A DNA stretch of 64,000 bases. Source: Euryarchaeota archaeon UBA438 (lineage in GTDB: Archaea > Thermoplasmatota > Poseidoniia > Poseidoniales > Thalassarchaeaceae). Positions 9,401-21,129 of this stretch are shown one piece after another; position 1 is the first letter of the stretch; each line of letters starts with the position of its first letter. The translations under genes and the position numbers were made by a program. The notes under the pieces are model-generated. The model had not been told where the DNA came from. It worked only from the letters and a program-made list of their open reading frames with translations, and did no database searches. Where the stretch lies: positions 16,810 through 80,809 of the forward strand of contig DAQP01000043.1 in NCBI GenBank assembly GCA_002504435.1, given 5' to 3'.

Positions 9401-12133
9401 CCAGGGTGGTCTTGGATCGGAACTGGCGACATCTCAGTTTCAGGCGATATGATAACTATGACCGGCCCCTCTGGTGGAACATCTTCAGGTTCGTTAATTG
9501 CTAACCTCCCCGAGGACGCTTCTCCAGCATTCCACTATTTCTCAGACGCGAGTCAGGAGTCTACGGAACACCACCTAATCATAACATTGGAGGTATTGCA
9601 GATTTTCAGAGCGAATTTGGCTGTAATTTCGCCCCAAGATCAGCCGCATGTGGTTGATGTTGAGGAAGGCTCCCTTGTCGTCCTCAGACTCGAGAATCCC
9701 GGTAACGGCGATGACGTATACTCACTTGGCTATTCGGTGATTATAGACTCCAATATTTCCAGCGACCCTGGAGTAGTTGTGGAATTCTCGGTAGGAGAAG
9801 TCGGACTTACTTCGGGGAGCCTGACAACTATTCCAGTAACGGTAACTCTCCCTGAAAGTACGCCAGCAGGGGTTCCTTTGTGGCTTGAGTTCACCGTAAT
9901 GTCACAAGGCGACCCGGGAGTATCGTCCTCCGACACCGTTGCCCTTGAGGCCAGACAGGACCACAGGTGGGATATCGGCGCTAGTGTCGATTCTGTGCCC
10001 ATGGCCAATGGCAGTATTTTCGTCATTAATCCAGGGGTCTCGTTCTCCTTGGAAGTTGATGCGAAAAATGTGGGTAATCTGGAAGATGGAATCAATCTTG
10101 ATGTGATGACCTCGCTTGACCTAGTGGACGGAGACTCAGCTACAGGATGGAGCGCCACTGGAGACTCGGCGGAAAATGTCGCAGTCAACCAGACTGTTTC
10201 TATGAGCATAGTTTCAGCTGTCGATGCTGAATCATGGAGCGGATCATCCATGACCGTCGTAGTCACCGCATCCTCCCAAGGAGAAGAGGTTTCTACGTTC
10301 TCATTCACTATTGAGGCAGGCCATGTCCCATCATGGAACGCAATAGCTGATCAGGCGAATCTTGAGGTTGACCCATTTGGTTCGCAGATAGAGCTCACAG
10401 TTGTGCAGTCTGGTAACTCGCCCACTAGGGCATATGCTTCCATGTTCATTACAGGGGAGTCAGGGTGGTCCGTAGATGAGCCCGACGAGCTCCCTGTCCT
10501 TTCACCCGGAGAGACCGCGCCACTAATTCTCAACATCACCCCTCCAGAGAATGCGGTCTATGGAAGGGCCGTGGAGCTTCACCTCCGCCTAAGGGAAGGC
10601 GACTCTAGTGTGGTCTCCGAGATAGTTTTCCCACTAAGGGTGGCAGTCACGCATGAGTTCTCTCTTACCGGAGAAGGGGACTGGTTAGTGAGTGATTTGG
10701 GAGGGCACCCATTGGCCATGCTCGAAAACCTTGGTAACGCACCTAGCACCATCTCATTACAAGTTCTAAGTCTTCCACTTGGTTGGTCCGTCTCAGGAAG
10801 AACCGAAGTCGTACTGGGTGTTGGCGAGATAACCGGCGTACCACTAGAGTTGGTTCCTAGTGAAGACTGGGATGGCAGTGTGAAGACCATACGAATTCTG
10901 GCGGAAGATACAGCCGGAAACCAAAGGGAAATAAATCTGGATACCGAGAAGGGAGATTTTTCATGGGCGAGTTCTCCTGTCATAGTGTCCACTAGTGGCG
11001 ATAGCGCGCTTTTGGGAATTCATGGAACTGATTCCGGATCCATTGTCACTGATTCATTTTCAGGGTCACTGATTTGGAGTACCCTTGGCGGTTGGGCATG
11101 GCCGGCGACATCCAGTGGAAGTGGCACTATCTCGGTTTCATCGGGTTCCGACCAAGGAAGTCTGGAATACAAGTCAATAGTGGTGGAGCCAGTCACCAGA
11201 GGGGCTAGTTGCTTGGTTTATGGCAGCATTGGCGAAATTACGGCAAGCTGTTCGATAGGAAATGGTACCGAGCCTTTCGATTACACGATAATTCTAGTCG
11301 ACGACATGGGGGGCATGATGGTTTCCCAATCCGGAACCGTAGGGAGGAATACGACTGCAATAGTCAACTTGACCTCGGAAGAATGGGCTCCACTTCCGGG
11401 CAACAGGGAGATTTCAATCAGATTGCTGGACTCTAGGGGGATCCTAGTTACGTCCCAGTCCCAGATTTTCGAAGTTCGGAGAACGGATTGGAACGTCGGT
11501 TTGGTTCAGCTGGAACTGGATGGACAGGGTGCTAGCCAGAAAATTGAAATTTCCACAAGGAGGGAAAATTACGAACTGCTCCCTTCAGGGACGCAATGCA
11601 GCATAAAAATCGAAGCGGGGCAATACACTTCCGTCCACATGGTGGATATGACATCTGCAAATGCCCTAGCCCCTAAGCCATCTATAGATAGGCCAGATGT
11701 TGAGGATTCAACCGAGATGGTCGCCACGATAAGCTGTGACTTCCCGTGGGACCAGGATTCTGATCCTTCGGATAACGTGGCCAGCGTGATTCTTTCGGGT
11801 GGCGAAGAATTGGATAGTGGAATTAGCGATTCGAGCACGGCAGTTGCCGCGGCTGCCATGGTCATCGGTGCTTCGATTGCACTTTCATGGATGGTCAGCA
11901 ATTACAGAGAAGGCCGAGAGATGATGGAGAAAACCAGGTTGGCGGTAGAGAAGAAGGCCCTTGAGAAAAGGGCCGCTCTCAAGGAGAAAATGGCCGATGT
12001 CGAAGAGGAGGTTTTGCCTGAATCTGCTGATGAAGATAGGGAAAAGGTGGCCTCTGAGGAGCCGCCTGCCTCGGAAATTGGTCAGGACGATTCATTCGAA
12101 AGCCGCCTAAACAGACTCATGGGTGAAAGGTAA
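6449..12133 (+). CDS. Giant surface protein (about 1890 aa). Signal peptide, FG-GAP (integrin-alpha-like) beta-propeller, CARDB and multiple Ig-like domains, C-terminal TM anchor, Lys/Glu-rich cytoplasmic tail.
   Basis: The signal peptide MKVGAAFAVSIMLAMSLSPMLA begins at the internal ATG 6536, which is the likely true start. At least five FG-GAP-like Ca-binding loops (DLDDDGKPEVIAV, DLDLDGDAELVVAA, NLDDDETPEIVV, DIDGSGEPELLVA, DIDGDGTLDIIIG) appear within long W/G-rich strands. A CARDB-like module (PSPGEEVTVSAFIENSGTGPID...) follows. The C-terminal AVAAAAMVIGASIALSWMV helix is followed by EKKALEKRAALKEKMADVEEE. Confidence 0.8.
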   Translation: MRIWGERSSGLRKPNLTLMTVDATQKLLPMKVGAAFAVSIMLAMSLSPMLATTGVSRSLEDSNEMRSSGIDPWSDGGQAWPQPGRTPDRVSNPPGHVHSSDSGGGLLSIVDPVINWDFGSDPIGTDSLGTPIADFSSSLTTDPSSEERCGGDSLYTIIVQTDSASGESYMRIIEGEDSDLAWEVSLGVTEKVKASPVVVDLDDDGKPEVIAVYDQGGTLNVDAWSPRLFCSVTGWNPGAGSSQQPIWTWEDDDLMVSSDVGAYVSGWLGGHKPTAQPLLADLDLDGDAELVVAAVNENSGDPVIVALSLPSSGSPATLWEKTLDKGSHPSDPAFAQTDENTGYVVLTTTEYSNGGMWVWRLDSLTGDSGWDGLSLNNIDGDSDAPHIRLPGPVVANLDDDETPEIVVTIPTDADGSGAVDGAEFRGLEISTGAEIWSFEADNGYADAPPIVIDTDDDGTIERVCWVTWWQTATARHGVTGCHDVDGSSPEEAWHRDLEQSSGAPNDEIAVSPPVWMDIDGSGEPELLVAYGRSLWAFDGAEGTGSAINTEWANELELNHRTWSSPALADIDGDGTLDIIIGSTVVSLERSDVRPLLDGGGIELDPTAPSPGEEVTVSAFIENSGTGPIDSEFDAVLYADGVEIGRRTFTSLEPVEPTGSGSFETFSVEWSGPLGDHEFTLELDSFGNLTQTRTDNDVASKIVSIVPTYNASFEIPTEPVRVSPGSSTTASPTVRSTGRLAGTWSLSIDDSELPEGWTWSDSTQEGISNVEIGVDDTWSPDLTITAPSEALGSDSGYLSLTLTLDEDSNVSVSANLPIEANRTRGLSLRGPDGTSQSSGYGLPGQDAEAWFMAENLGNAEEDQILLSWDSTPWGNDLRLYDMEGAERSALILAPGEELALVATLAVPSDAPVGDSVGTPLTMCVGTGTEEETCQTIQLTFHSSNVVSGNHIRSVPANGLEWSVITEMPAESGTITWSLSEMGMAMPGWSWIGTGDISVSGDMITMTGPSGGTSSGSLIANLPEDASPAFHYFSDASQESTEHHLIITLEVLQIFRANLAVISPQDQPHVVDVEEGSLVVLRLENPGNGDDVYSLGYSVIIDSNISSDPGVVVEFSVGEVGLTSGSLTTIPVTVTLPESTPAGVPLWLEFTVMSQGDPGVSSSDTVALEARQDHRWDIGASVDSVPMANGSIFVINPGVSFSLEVDAKNVGNLEDGINLDVMTSLDLVDGDSATGWSATGDSAENVAVNQTVSMSIVSAVDAESWSGSSMTVVVTASSQGEEVSTFSFTIEAGHVPSWNAIADQANLEVDPFGSQIELTVVQSGNSPTRAYASMFITGESGWSVDEPDELPVLSPGETAPLILNITPPENAVYGRAVELHLRLREGDSSVVSEIVFPLRVAVTHEFSLTGEGDWLVSDLGGHPLAMLENLGNAPSTISLQVLSLPLGWSVSGRTEVVLGVGEITGVPLELVPSEDWDGSVKTIRILAEDTAGNQREINLDTEKGDFSWASSPVIVSTSGDSALLGIHGTDSGSIVTDSFSGSLIWSTLGGWAWPATSSGSGTISVSSGSDQGSLEYKSIVVEPVTRGASCLVYGSIGEITASCSIGNGTEPFDYTIILVDDMGGMMVSQSGTVGRNTTAIVNLTSEEWAPLPGNREISIRLLDSRGILVTSQSQIFEVRRTDWNVGLVQLELDGQGASQKIEISTRRENYELLPSGTQCSIKIEAGQYTSVHMVDMTSANALAPKPSIDRPDVEDSTEMVATISCDFPWDQDSDPSDNVASVILSGGEELDSGISDSSTAVAAAAMVIGASIALSWMVSNYREGREMMEKTRLAVEKKALEKRAALKEKMADVEEEVLPESADEDREKVASEEPPASEIGQDDSFESRLNRLMGER

Positions 12134-12146
12134 TCGGGGTTTCTCA

Positions 12147-12773
12147 ATGTCTAGAGCGCCTCCGACACCTGCATTCTACACATTCGACCCCATTACTGTG
12201 GACTTGATCGATCTTGTGCCCCCAATTCAAGCATCCCTGGGTGGAGATCACCGGGAGCTGCTTTCTATGTGCCCACTGTCTGTTGACATCCAAGGCCTCC
12301 GTCAGGGCCAAGAGGCCCCGTTTGATCCCGCCACATTGCTATACCTAGCTAGCGGGGACTGGGGGCCTAAGGGGGGCATGGCTGAGCCTCTTGACTCGAT
12401 GGCGACTAGAGAGAAGCTCGGCAGATTTCCCAGTGAAGACGGCAATGTGATTTCGTACCTTATCTCGTTCACTAGGCAAAGGGGCGACATGACTGTATTG
12501 CACGAGCTACTTGCTAAGCTTTGTGACGGGCTATCTGAAGAGAATCTTGGAGAACCGGGATTCAGGGATGGTTTCGGTGGAATGTCCCTTCTTGGGTGGA
12601 TTGACCCGCGGGAAGTTAGTGAGTTGAGGTCCTCGATACGTTCTGGAAGATGGACTACGTTGGGAGATGAGCCACTTGATGGAGGGGTAGACTATGGATT
12701 TAGGCACCTTCTGTCAATACTAAGATCGGCAGAAAAAAGGGGATGTGGGATTCTAATGAGAAGGCACTCATAA
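12147..12773 (+). CDS. Hypothetical protein
   Basis: The open frame abuts and overlaps the end of the giant surface-protein gene. No recognisable motifs. The start is placed at MSRAPP; the track ORF starts at 12123. Confidence 0.35.
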   Translation: MSRAPPTPAFYTFDPITVDLIDLVPPIQASLGGDHRELLSMCPLSVDIQGLRQGQEAPFDPATLLYLASGDWGPKGGMAEPLDSMATREKLGRFPSEDGNVISYLISFTRQRGDMTVLHELLAKLCDGLSEENLGEPGFRDGFGGMSLLGWIDPREVSELRSSIRSGRWTTLGDEPLDGGVDYGFRHLLSILRSAEKRGCGILMRRHS

Positions 12774-13685
12774 TCAGAATGTTTTCCCAGTGAGTCTCTC
12801 GTACATCTCGGAGTACAAATTTGCAGTTCTTGAGATGATATCTTCGGGCAGAGAGGGTATGGGAGGCTCTGGCAAACCTGACTCCCTGGCTTGGTAGAGT
12901 TCACTATGGTGTCCAGTGCCCAGATAGTGCTCTCGAACGAATTCCTTCGATAGTGATACTATCTCCCCTCCCTCATATGTTTCAGCGTCCCACCAGCGAT
13001 CCTCGTCCAATGTCCCAAAGGAGTCCACTAGAACTGGTTTCCTTCCAGCCCCCAATGCAAACTCCTTCTTTCCATCAACATGAATTAGACCTCTGGCGGA
13101 GGCTTCCCTCTCGATTATTGCATCTATTGCCAGAACGCACTCGAGGATTGAGTCGAACTCCTCTTCAGTTAGATTTGAGATCTGGAGAGCTTCCTCCCTG
13201 TCGAGAAGCCTGTCGAATTTCTCAAACTTAGTTGACACCTCCAAGTAGGGGCTGGGCAGCTTGACACCCATTTTCAGAGAAAGCCCGGGCTCGAAACCGA
13301 ACTCTTCGGAGCCGACCTCCCCCCTTTCGTACCTCCTCCACCCCGATCCTGCAAGATAATGCCTGCAAATCACTTCTAGGGGCACGAAAACGTTCTCCAT
13401 GTCCCTCGGAATAGCGCCGGGCTCTTTGATGACCTCGAACTTCTTTGCAAGGCACCTATCGGGGGCGTTCATCTCTATCAAATGAGTTTCACATATCCCC
13501 TCTTGTTCAACAAGGTTGAACCAATGACAAGTGGTCCTGTTGAGGCTCTCCCCCTTTCTTGGAACCAAGCTTGGGATGATTTGGTCGAATACGCTAATCT
13601 GATCGGTATATCTGAACTCGATAACTTCGGGGTCATCGGTACTCCATACCTGCTTCACCTTTCCTTGATACATCATCTCCGCCAT
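12774..13685 (-). CDS. purC: Phosphoribosylaminoimidazole-succinocarboxamide (SAICAR) synthase
   Basis: MYQGKVKQVW..TDDPEVIEFRYTDQISVFD...IPSLVPRKGESLNRTTCHWF matches the PurC N-terminal ATP-grasp-like signature (KGKVRDxY...DRISAFD...IPxKGxxLN). This is the long (yeast/archaeal) form. Confidence 0.8.
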   Translation of the reverse strand: MAEMMYQGKVKQVWSTDDPEVIEFRYTDQISVFDQIIPSLVPRKGESLNRTTCHWFNLVEQEGICETHLIEMNAPDRCLAKKFEVIKEPGAIPRDMENVFVPLEVICRHYLAGSGWRRYERGEVGSEEFGFEPGLSLKMGVKLPSPYLEVSTKFEKFDRLLDREEALQISNLTEEEFDSILECVLAIDAIIEREASARGLIHVDGKKEFALGAGRKPVLVDSFGTLDEDRWWDAETYEGGEIVSLSKEFVREHYLGTGHHSELYQARESGLPEPPIPSLPEDIISRTANLYSEMYERLTGKTF

Positions 13686-13731
13686 GTCACGTTTCGGAAG
13701 GGGCACGACGATGAACATTACTGACGTGATG

Positions 13732-14709
13732 TCAGTCCTTTCTGGCCGCTTCCCTCAATATGAATACTGAAAGAAGCAATATTGCAACTATTCTCAAATC
13801 AAAATCGGATTCATCATCCTTGGGCTGATCCGAATCAAATAATTCAGCGGCAGAGTCGATCCCGGGGGATTCAGTGGATGAAAGAATAACGGTCCCTCCG
13901 ACGTGGTAGGGGGAAGAAGAGGTGAATCCTCCGGGAACTTGGTCCGGCGTAACCGAAGCCATGGCGATATCACATAAATCGGATTCGGTCAAGTCGCTGA
14001 GGACATTCTCGAAAACGCCACTGTTGTGGCTGTAAAGAGTGAGTTCCACCTCGTAGTGGCTAGCTATACTATTGGCTATCATTTCTGCCATGTCAACCTC
14101 GAATCCGACCAATTCGCCGCTGGCGCCGAACCTAGTCATGGAGGAGTCTTGGTTCAGCATGCAGACACCGATGTCTCCATCTTCAAACAATATCCTGTGG
14201 AGCGTTCCGCCTTCCGTTGGAGTTGGCCAGGCATCCTCATACTCCTCGAAGTCATAGAAATCTAACTGGGGCCTGTCTGAGAACCAAAGTTGGTGTGTGG
14301 AAATGGCGGTTCCCCTCTGATGAATGTCCGCCAGAGCGGAATTAACTGCATATCTTAGTTCCTCATTCCCCGAATCCTGAGAATTATCTGACCTAATCAT
14401 GGCAATGAAATAATCCGAAATATCGAACATCTCGCCCACAGTAATTGTATTCCACTGAGCAATCATTTCTGAGTCTGTCAATAAATGATGAGGGCCGATT
14501 ACGAAGTCGACCTCACCGTCCCTCAGGGACCTGATAGCAAATTGCATATCCTCAAACTCCATTTCTTGCAAATTTGAATTCTGGGCAACGAAACGAGAGG
14601 AGTCTTCGCCCGAAATAGTGCCAATGGAATAGGACGCTTCGCCTGATGCGGGTAGCCATGAACAAGAAAGCAATATCAGGACAATTAGGATGGCGGCAGT
14701 CCCTCTCAT
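13732..14709 (-). CDS. Membrane-anchored solute-binding protein, probably the polar-amino-acid SBP for the adjacent ABC transporter
   Basis: N-terminal signal peptide (MRGTAAILIVLILLSCSWLPASG) and a C-terminal TM helix (RIVAILLLSVFIL) with a basic stop-transfer. The two-lobe alpha/beta composition is typical of family-3 SBPs. It is divergent from the permease/ATPase genes. The family assignment is inferred from context more than from motifs. Confidence 0.55.
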   Translation of the reverse strand: MRGTAAILIVLILLSCSWLPASGEASYSIGTISGEDSSRFVAQNSNLQEMEFEDMQFAIRSLRDGEVDFVIGPHHLLTDSEMIAQWNTITVGEMFDISDYFIAMIRSDNSQDSGNEELRYAVNSALADIHQRGTAISTHQLWFSDRPQLDFYDFEEYEDAWPTPTEGGTLHRILFEDGDIGVCMLNQDSSMTRFGASGELVGFEVDMAEMIANSIASHYEVELTLYSHNSGVFENVLSDLTESDLCDIAMASVTPDQVPGGFTSSSPYHVGGTVILSSTESPGIDSAAELFDSDQPKDDESDFDLRIVAILLLSVFILREAARKD

Positions 14710-14782
14710 GGAGTAATCAGGGGGCGATTTGACTTAGAATTGGCGGTCCGCCTAGACTATATCCAAGGAAGAATGCCAGAGA

Positions 14783-16978
14783 ATGGGGCTCACCATGTTC
14801 GAAGAGGATTCTCGGCTCTCCGATTCAACAAGAATGAGGGGCGCTGCCCACATAATTTCCATTTCAATAGTAATACTCCTATTGACTTCAGTGAATCCAA
14901 GCCAGGCCTCTGATTTCAAGAGCAGTTGGGAAGTAGTAGAAAGCGGGACTTCTGAGGATCTCCTTACTGCTACTGAAATTGAAGGCGTAATTTGGGCATT
15001 CGGAACAGGGGGTGCGATGCTACACAGTGATGACAATGGAATTACATGGGCTGCCTACGATTCTCCCACTACAAGTGGCATTCTAAACTCGGACTCGGGT
15101 TTTGGGTCCTTGCTGGTTTCGGGAGAAAATGGACTTATGATGCTCAGGAAGAGCGGCGAAGAGCTTTGGACGGACATCCCCCTTCCCGAAGGATCCATTG
15201 TGAATGGAATCTCATTGACCGGGAGTGAAACCGCCGTTGCCGTGGGAGCCCATGGAACAATATGGAATCTTGAGGGGGGGACGTGGGCGGAAACAAACCT
15301 GTCCATAGAAAGTGATCTACTGGGTGTTTCGTTCCTCGATGAGAATCTAGGAATTGTGGTTGGCTCAGATGGGACCATCCTATTTTCCGATGATGGGGGA
15401 GAAAGTTGGGAGTATCGTGAGGCACCCGAAGGAGCGGGTGATGCTGAAATCGTCTCGGTGGAGTTCTACAGCCCCACTAGGATTTACGCCATTACGAATG
15501 ATGGGAGAATTCTAATCTCAATGAGTAACGTAGTGACGGGGACTGATGTAGGGTACATTTGGACACTCGTAGAATTCGAGAGGCACTATCCCGCAGGATC
15601 GAACGAGTATGTCCTTGGTCCGGAGACACTTGACGTCATGCTGACTTCGATTGAGGTAGTAACAACGTCGAAGTTTCTGATGACGGGTGAAGGCGGCTAC
15701 ATCTCAATGAGCATCAATGGTGGGACAATTGTTTCTCAGCAGATTAACCCACTTGGAAACAATAGTGACTTCAACGACATTGTAATGCTGACTGGATTCA
15801 ATGGCGTTGCAGTTGGCGACGGGGGCAAGATACTGTGGACCGAGAATGCTGGTGCAGACGACCAATTAGGATTCGTCGTACCGGAATATGGAAACTTCGG
15901 AGTCTTTGTTGATGAGACTAAGGCAATGTTCCTATCAGGATTCATCGCGACACTGAAAATAGTCGCATTCGGAATTATCCTGGGATTCCTCCTAGGAGTC
16001 ACCCTTGCAATGTGCAAAACATCCCCGACATCACTTAGGTACGTTGTAGAACGTTACGAAGCTAAGTATGTCAGATTGGTTGGGATTCCACTTCTGGCGG
16101 GCGGACTGTACCTATTTTATTCGGCCATACCAGGGGCTAGTAATCTGGGGCTGCAGGGAATTGAGTATGTTTTCCTTCCAGTTGGCGCACCTGTTTCTTT
16201 CGCCAAGATACTTCTGGGAATTGCGCTATTGTTCCTAGGTACACTATTCCTGAGTAATGATGGAAATTTCTCGAAAGTACGGGTTGGACCATTCGCCCTA
16301 AATCCTTGGAGGGTCAGACCGTTGAACGCAATAGCAACCGTTTACACGGACTTCTTCCGTAACACTCCGTTAATTGTCCAGTTCCTATTCATCCATTTCG
16401 GCCTTAGGCTGGGAGCCCTTATCCAGGAACCCGGATTGGAAATTTTTAGCTTCGATAATCTGGAAAATAATCATAACTTCCTGACGGACATTATTGCCAC
16501 ATACGACCATTCTGAAGGCAATTATGGGACGCTGATAGGTGGAGTACTCTACGACTCAGCATTCATCAGTGCCATATGCGCACTAGGATTCAATTCTGGT
16601 GCCTACCAATGCGAAACCATCAGAGGGGCGATTCAGGCAATACCTTCGGCCCAGATGGAAGCAGGAAGGAGCATTGGCCTAACATATTTGCAAACTATGC
16701 GACGAGTCATCATGCCTCAGGCGATTCGGATCTGCATCCCTCCGATGGGAAATGAGATGGTGAATCTGGTATTGAACTCGTCCCTTGCCATGATAATTGG
16801 ATATGCAGAGCTTACTAGGCAGGGCAAGTTGATCGTTGCGAGTACGTTCCAGTATGCATATGCTTGGGGGATGGTTCTGATATCCTACTTCGTGGTCACA
16901 TGGACCCTTGCCCTAATACTAAGGTGGCTAGAGGAAAAAACTAGGATCCCGGGACTAGGGATTACAGGAGGTGAATGA
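14783..16978 (+). CDS. Fusion protein: N-terminal BNR/Ycf48-like beta-propeller ectodomain (about 370 aa) plus polar-amino-acid ABC transporter permease (HisM/GlnP family)
   Basis: N-terminal TM/signal (AHIISISIVILLLTSV). Repeated BNR-type S-x-D-x-G-x-[ST]-W motifs (SDDNGITW, SDDGGESW, DGGKILWT) and 'GT/GS...G' blade strands. The C-terminal half has permease TM helices and the EAA-loop region (IQAIPSAQMEAGRSIGLTYLQTMRRVIMPQAIRICIPPMGNEMVNLVLNSSLAMIIGYAELTRQG). Confidence 0.75.
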   Translation: MGLTMFEEDSRLSDSTRMRGAAHIISISIVILLLTSVNPSQASDFKSSWEVVESGTSEDLLTATEIEGVIWAFGTGGAMLHSDDNGITWAAYDSPTTSGILNSDSGFGSLLVSGENGLMMLRKSGEELWTDIPLPEGSIVNGISLTGSETAVAVGAHGTIWNLEGGTWAETNLSIESDLLGVSFLDENLGIVVGSDGTILFSDDGGESWEYREAPEGAGDAEIVSVEFYSPTRIYAITNDGRILISMSNVVTGTDVGYIWTLVEFERHYPAGSNEYVLGPETLDVMLTSIEVVTTSKFLMTGEGGYISMSINGGTIVSQQINPLGNNSDFNDIVMLTGFNGVAVGDGGKILWTENAGADDQLGFVVPEYGNFGVFVDETKAMFLSGFIATLKIVAFGIILGFLLGVTLAMCKTSPTSLRYVVERYEAKYVRLVGIPLLAGGLYLFYSAIPGASNLGLQGIEYVFLPVGAPVSFAKILLGIALLFLGTLFLSNDGNFSKVRVGPFALNPWRVRPLNAIATVYTDFFRNTPLIVQFLFIHFGLRLGALIQEPGLEIFSFDNLENNHNFLTDIIATYDHSEGNYGTLIGGVLYDSAFISAICALGFNSGAYQCETIRGAIQAIPSAQMEAGRSIGLTYLQTMRRVIMPQAIRICIPPMGNEMVNLVLNSSLAMIIGYAELTRQGKLIVASTFQYAYAWGMVLISYFVVTWTLALILRWLEEKTRIPGLGITGGE

Positions 16979-17746
16979 ATGCCAGAAAAGGTACTAGACG
17001 TGGAAGATCTGCATATGATTTATGCGGGTGGCGTTCATGCTGTCAAGGGCATATCATTTGAAGTAAAACAGGGAGAGTCTGTTGCCATAATTGGATCATC
17101 CGGAAGTGGTAAGTCGACTGTCCTAAGGTGCATAAATCGACTGATAGAACCTACTGACGGCAAGATTTTCTTGAAGGAGGAGCAGGTTAACACCCCTCAC
17201 ACCGATGTAAATGACTTGCGATCCAGGATAGGGATGGTTTTCCAGTCATTCGAGCTATTTGCGCACCTTAGGGTCCTTGACAATATTACATTGGGCCTGA
17301 GACATGTCAAAGGTATGGGCAAGATGGAAGCAGAGGAAGCAGCAATGTCAGTTCTGGAAAGAGTCGATATGCTCGACAGGATTGATGCATACCCGGGTAA
17401 CCTTTCCGGCGGGCAGAAGCAGCGTGTTGCTATTGCCAGGGCCCTTGCCATGAAGCCGGAGGTTCTGCTTTTCGATGAGCCGACCAGCGCCCTTGATCCA
17501 GAACTCATAGGTTCGGTTTTGGAGACCATCCGTGGACTTGCTGACGAAGGAATGACAATGGTCGTAGTGACTCACGAGATTGGCTTTGCCAGGGATGTTG
17601 CTGATCGAATTATCTACATGGACCAGGGAGTTGTGGCAGAAGAGGGGCCTTCCTCCATCATCAACAACCCTCGGACTGAGAGGCTCAAGAAGTTCCTCTC
17701 ATCCCTTCACGAAGATGAGGTCGTGGAGCAAAATGATGTCGATTAA
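16979..17746 (+). CDS. Polar amino acid ABC transporter ATP-binding protein (GlnQ/HisP-like)
   Basis: Walker A GSSGSGKST, Q-loop, ABC signature LSGGQKQRVAIARALAM, Walker B LLFDEPTSALD, H-loop VTHEIGFA. The start codon abuts the permease stop. Confidence 0.9.
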   Translation: MPEKVLDVEDLHMIYAGGVHAVKGISFEVKQGESVAIIGSSGSGKSTVLRCINRLIEPTDGKIFLKEEQVNTPHTDVNDLRSRIGMVFQSFELFAHLRVLDNITLGLRHVKGMGKMEAEEAAMSVLERVDMLDRIDAYPGNLSGGQKQRVAIARALAMKPEVLLFDEPTSALDPELIGSVLETIRGLADEGMTMVVVTHEIGFARDVADRIIYMDQGVVAEEGPSSIINNPRTERLKKFLSSLHEDEVVEQNDVD

Positions 17747-17750
17747 TACC

Positions 17751-20547
<2,797 letters not shown>

Positions 20548-20737
20548 ACCGTTCCCTGCGAGCCTCCGAGAGTATGCTTCCCCTTGAATGGCACTCTATC
20601 TTGAATTTCAGAAAAATTGTACAATGGAAGTGTAGGTCATGCTCATTGTATTTCATATGCATTTCAATTGAGATACAATTAAGACCCCTTGCCTCTCTGT
20701 GCGGCTCGGAGGAAGCAAGTTGGCCGGCCACAGCCCA
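20548..20737. promoter_or_regulatory. AT-rich divergent intergenic region between the HD hydrolase (-) and the RHH regulator (+). It contains nested palindromes CATATG, ATGCAT, CAATTG and TATA-like stretches.
   Basis: ttgtatttcatatgcatttcaattgagatacaattaag lies 50-90 nt upstream of the RHH ATG. GGAGG lies 20 nt upstream of that ATG. This is the only strongly AT-rich patch in the neighbourhood. Confidence 0.3.
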
Positions 20738-21088
20738 ATGGTCTCGCTCAGGATTCCAGAGGATCACCTCTTGGAATTGGACAGGCTAGTAGGCCTCGAC
20801 GGGATGAGGAACAGGTCCGATGTAATCCGGTATGCTGTGAGGCAGTATCTCTCCTCTGAGCATCAAGTTTCGGGAGATAGGGTGCAAGTAGACCTAGGAC
20901 CTGATTTGAGTGCTAGGATTGGCGACTTCTGCAAATTACACGGAGAGAGCCCGGATGTTGTGCTTAGGCAGGCAGCCAGGGAGCATATCAGGAGAGTCGC
21001 GATAGAGGATGCCACGGTTGAGGATCTCCTTTCTGCTCGAATGGATGCCCTACGTGCAAGGTATGATGACGAATCAAACGCTATATGA
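20738..21088 (+). CDS. Ribbon-helix-helix (CopG/NikR-like) transcriptional regulator with two RHH-like units
   Basis: MVSLRIPEDHLLELDRLVGLDGMRNRSDVIRYAVRQYL is a canonical RHH (beta-strand then two helices). A second unit reads VQVDLGPDLSARIGDFCKLHGESPDVVLRQAAREHI. The start is placed at MVSL; the track ORF begins earlier at 20699. Confidence 0.6.
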   Translation: MVSLRIPEDHLLELDRLVGLDGMRNRSDVIRYAVRQYLSSEHQVSGDRVQVDLGPDLSARIGDFCKLHGESPDVVLRQAAREHIRRVAIEDATVEDLLSARMDALRARYDDESNAI

Positions 21089-21129
21089 GGCGAGGGAAAA
21101 TGTGTGAGGACGGGATGCACAGAACCAAC

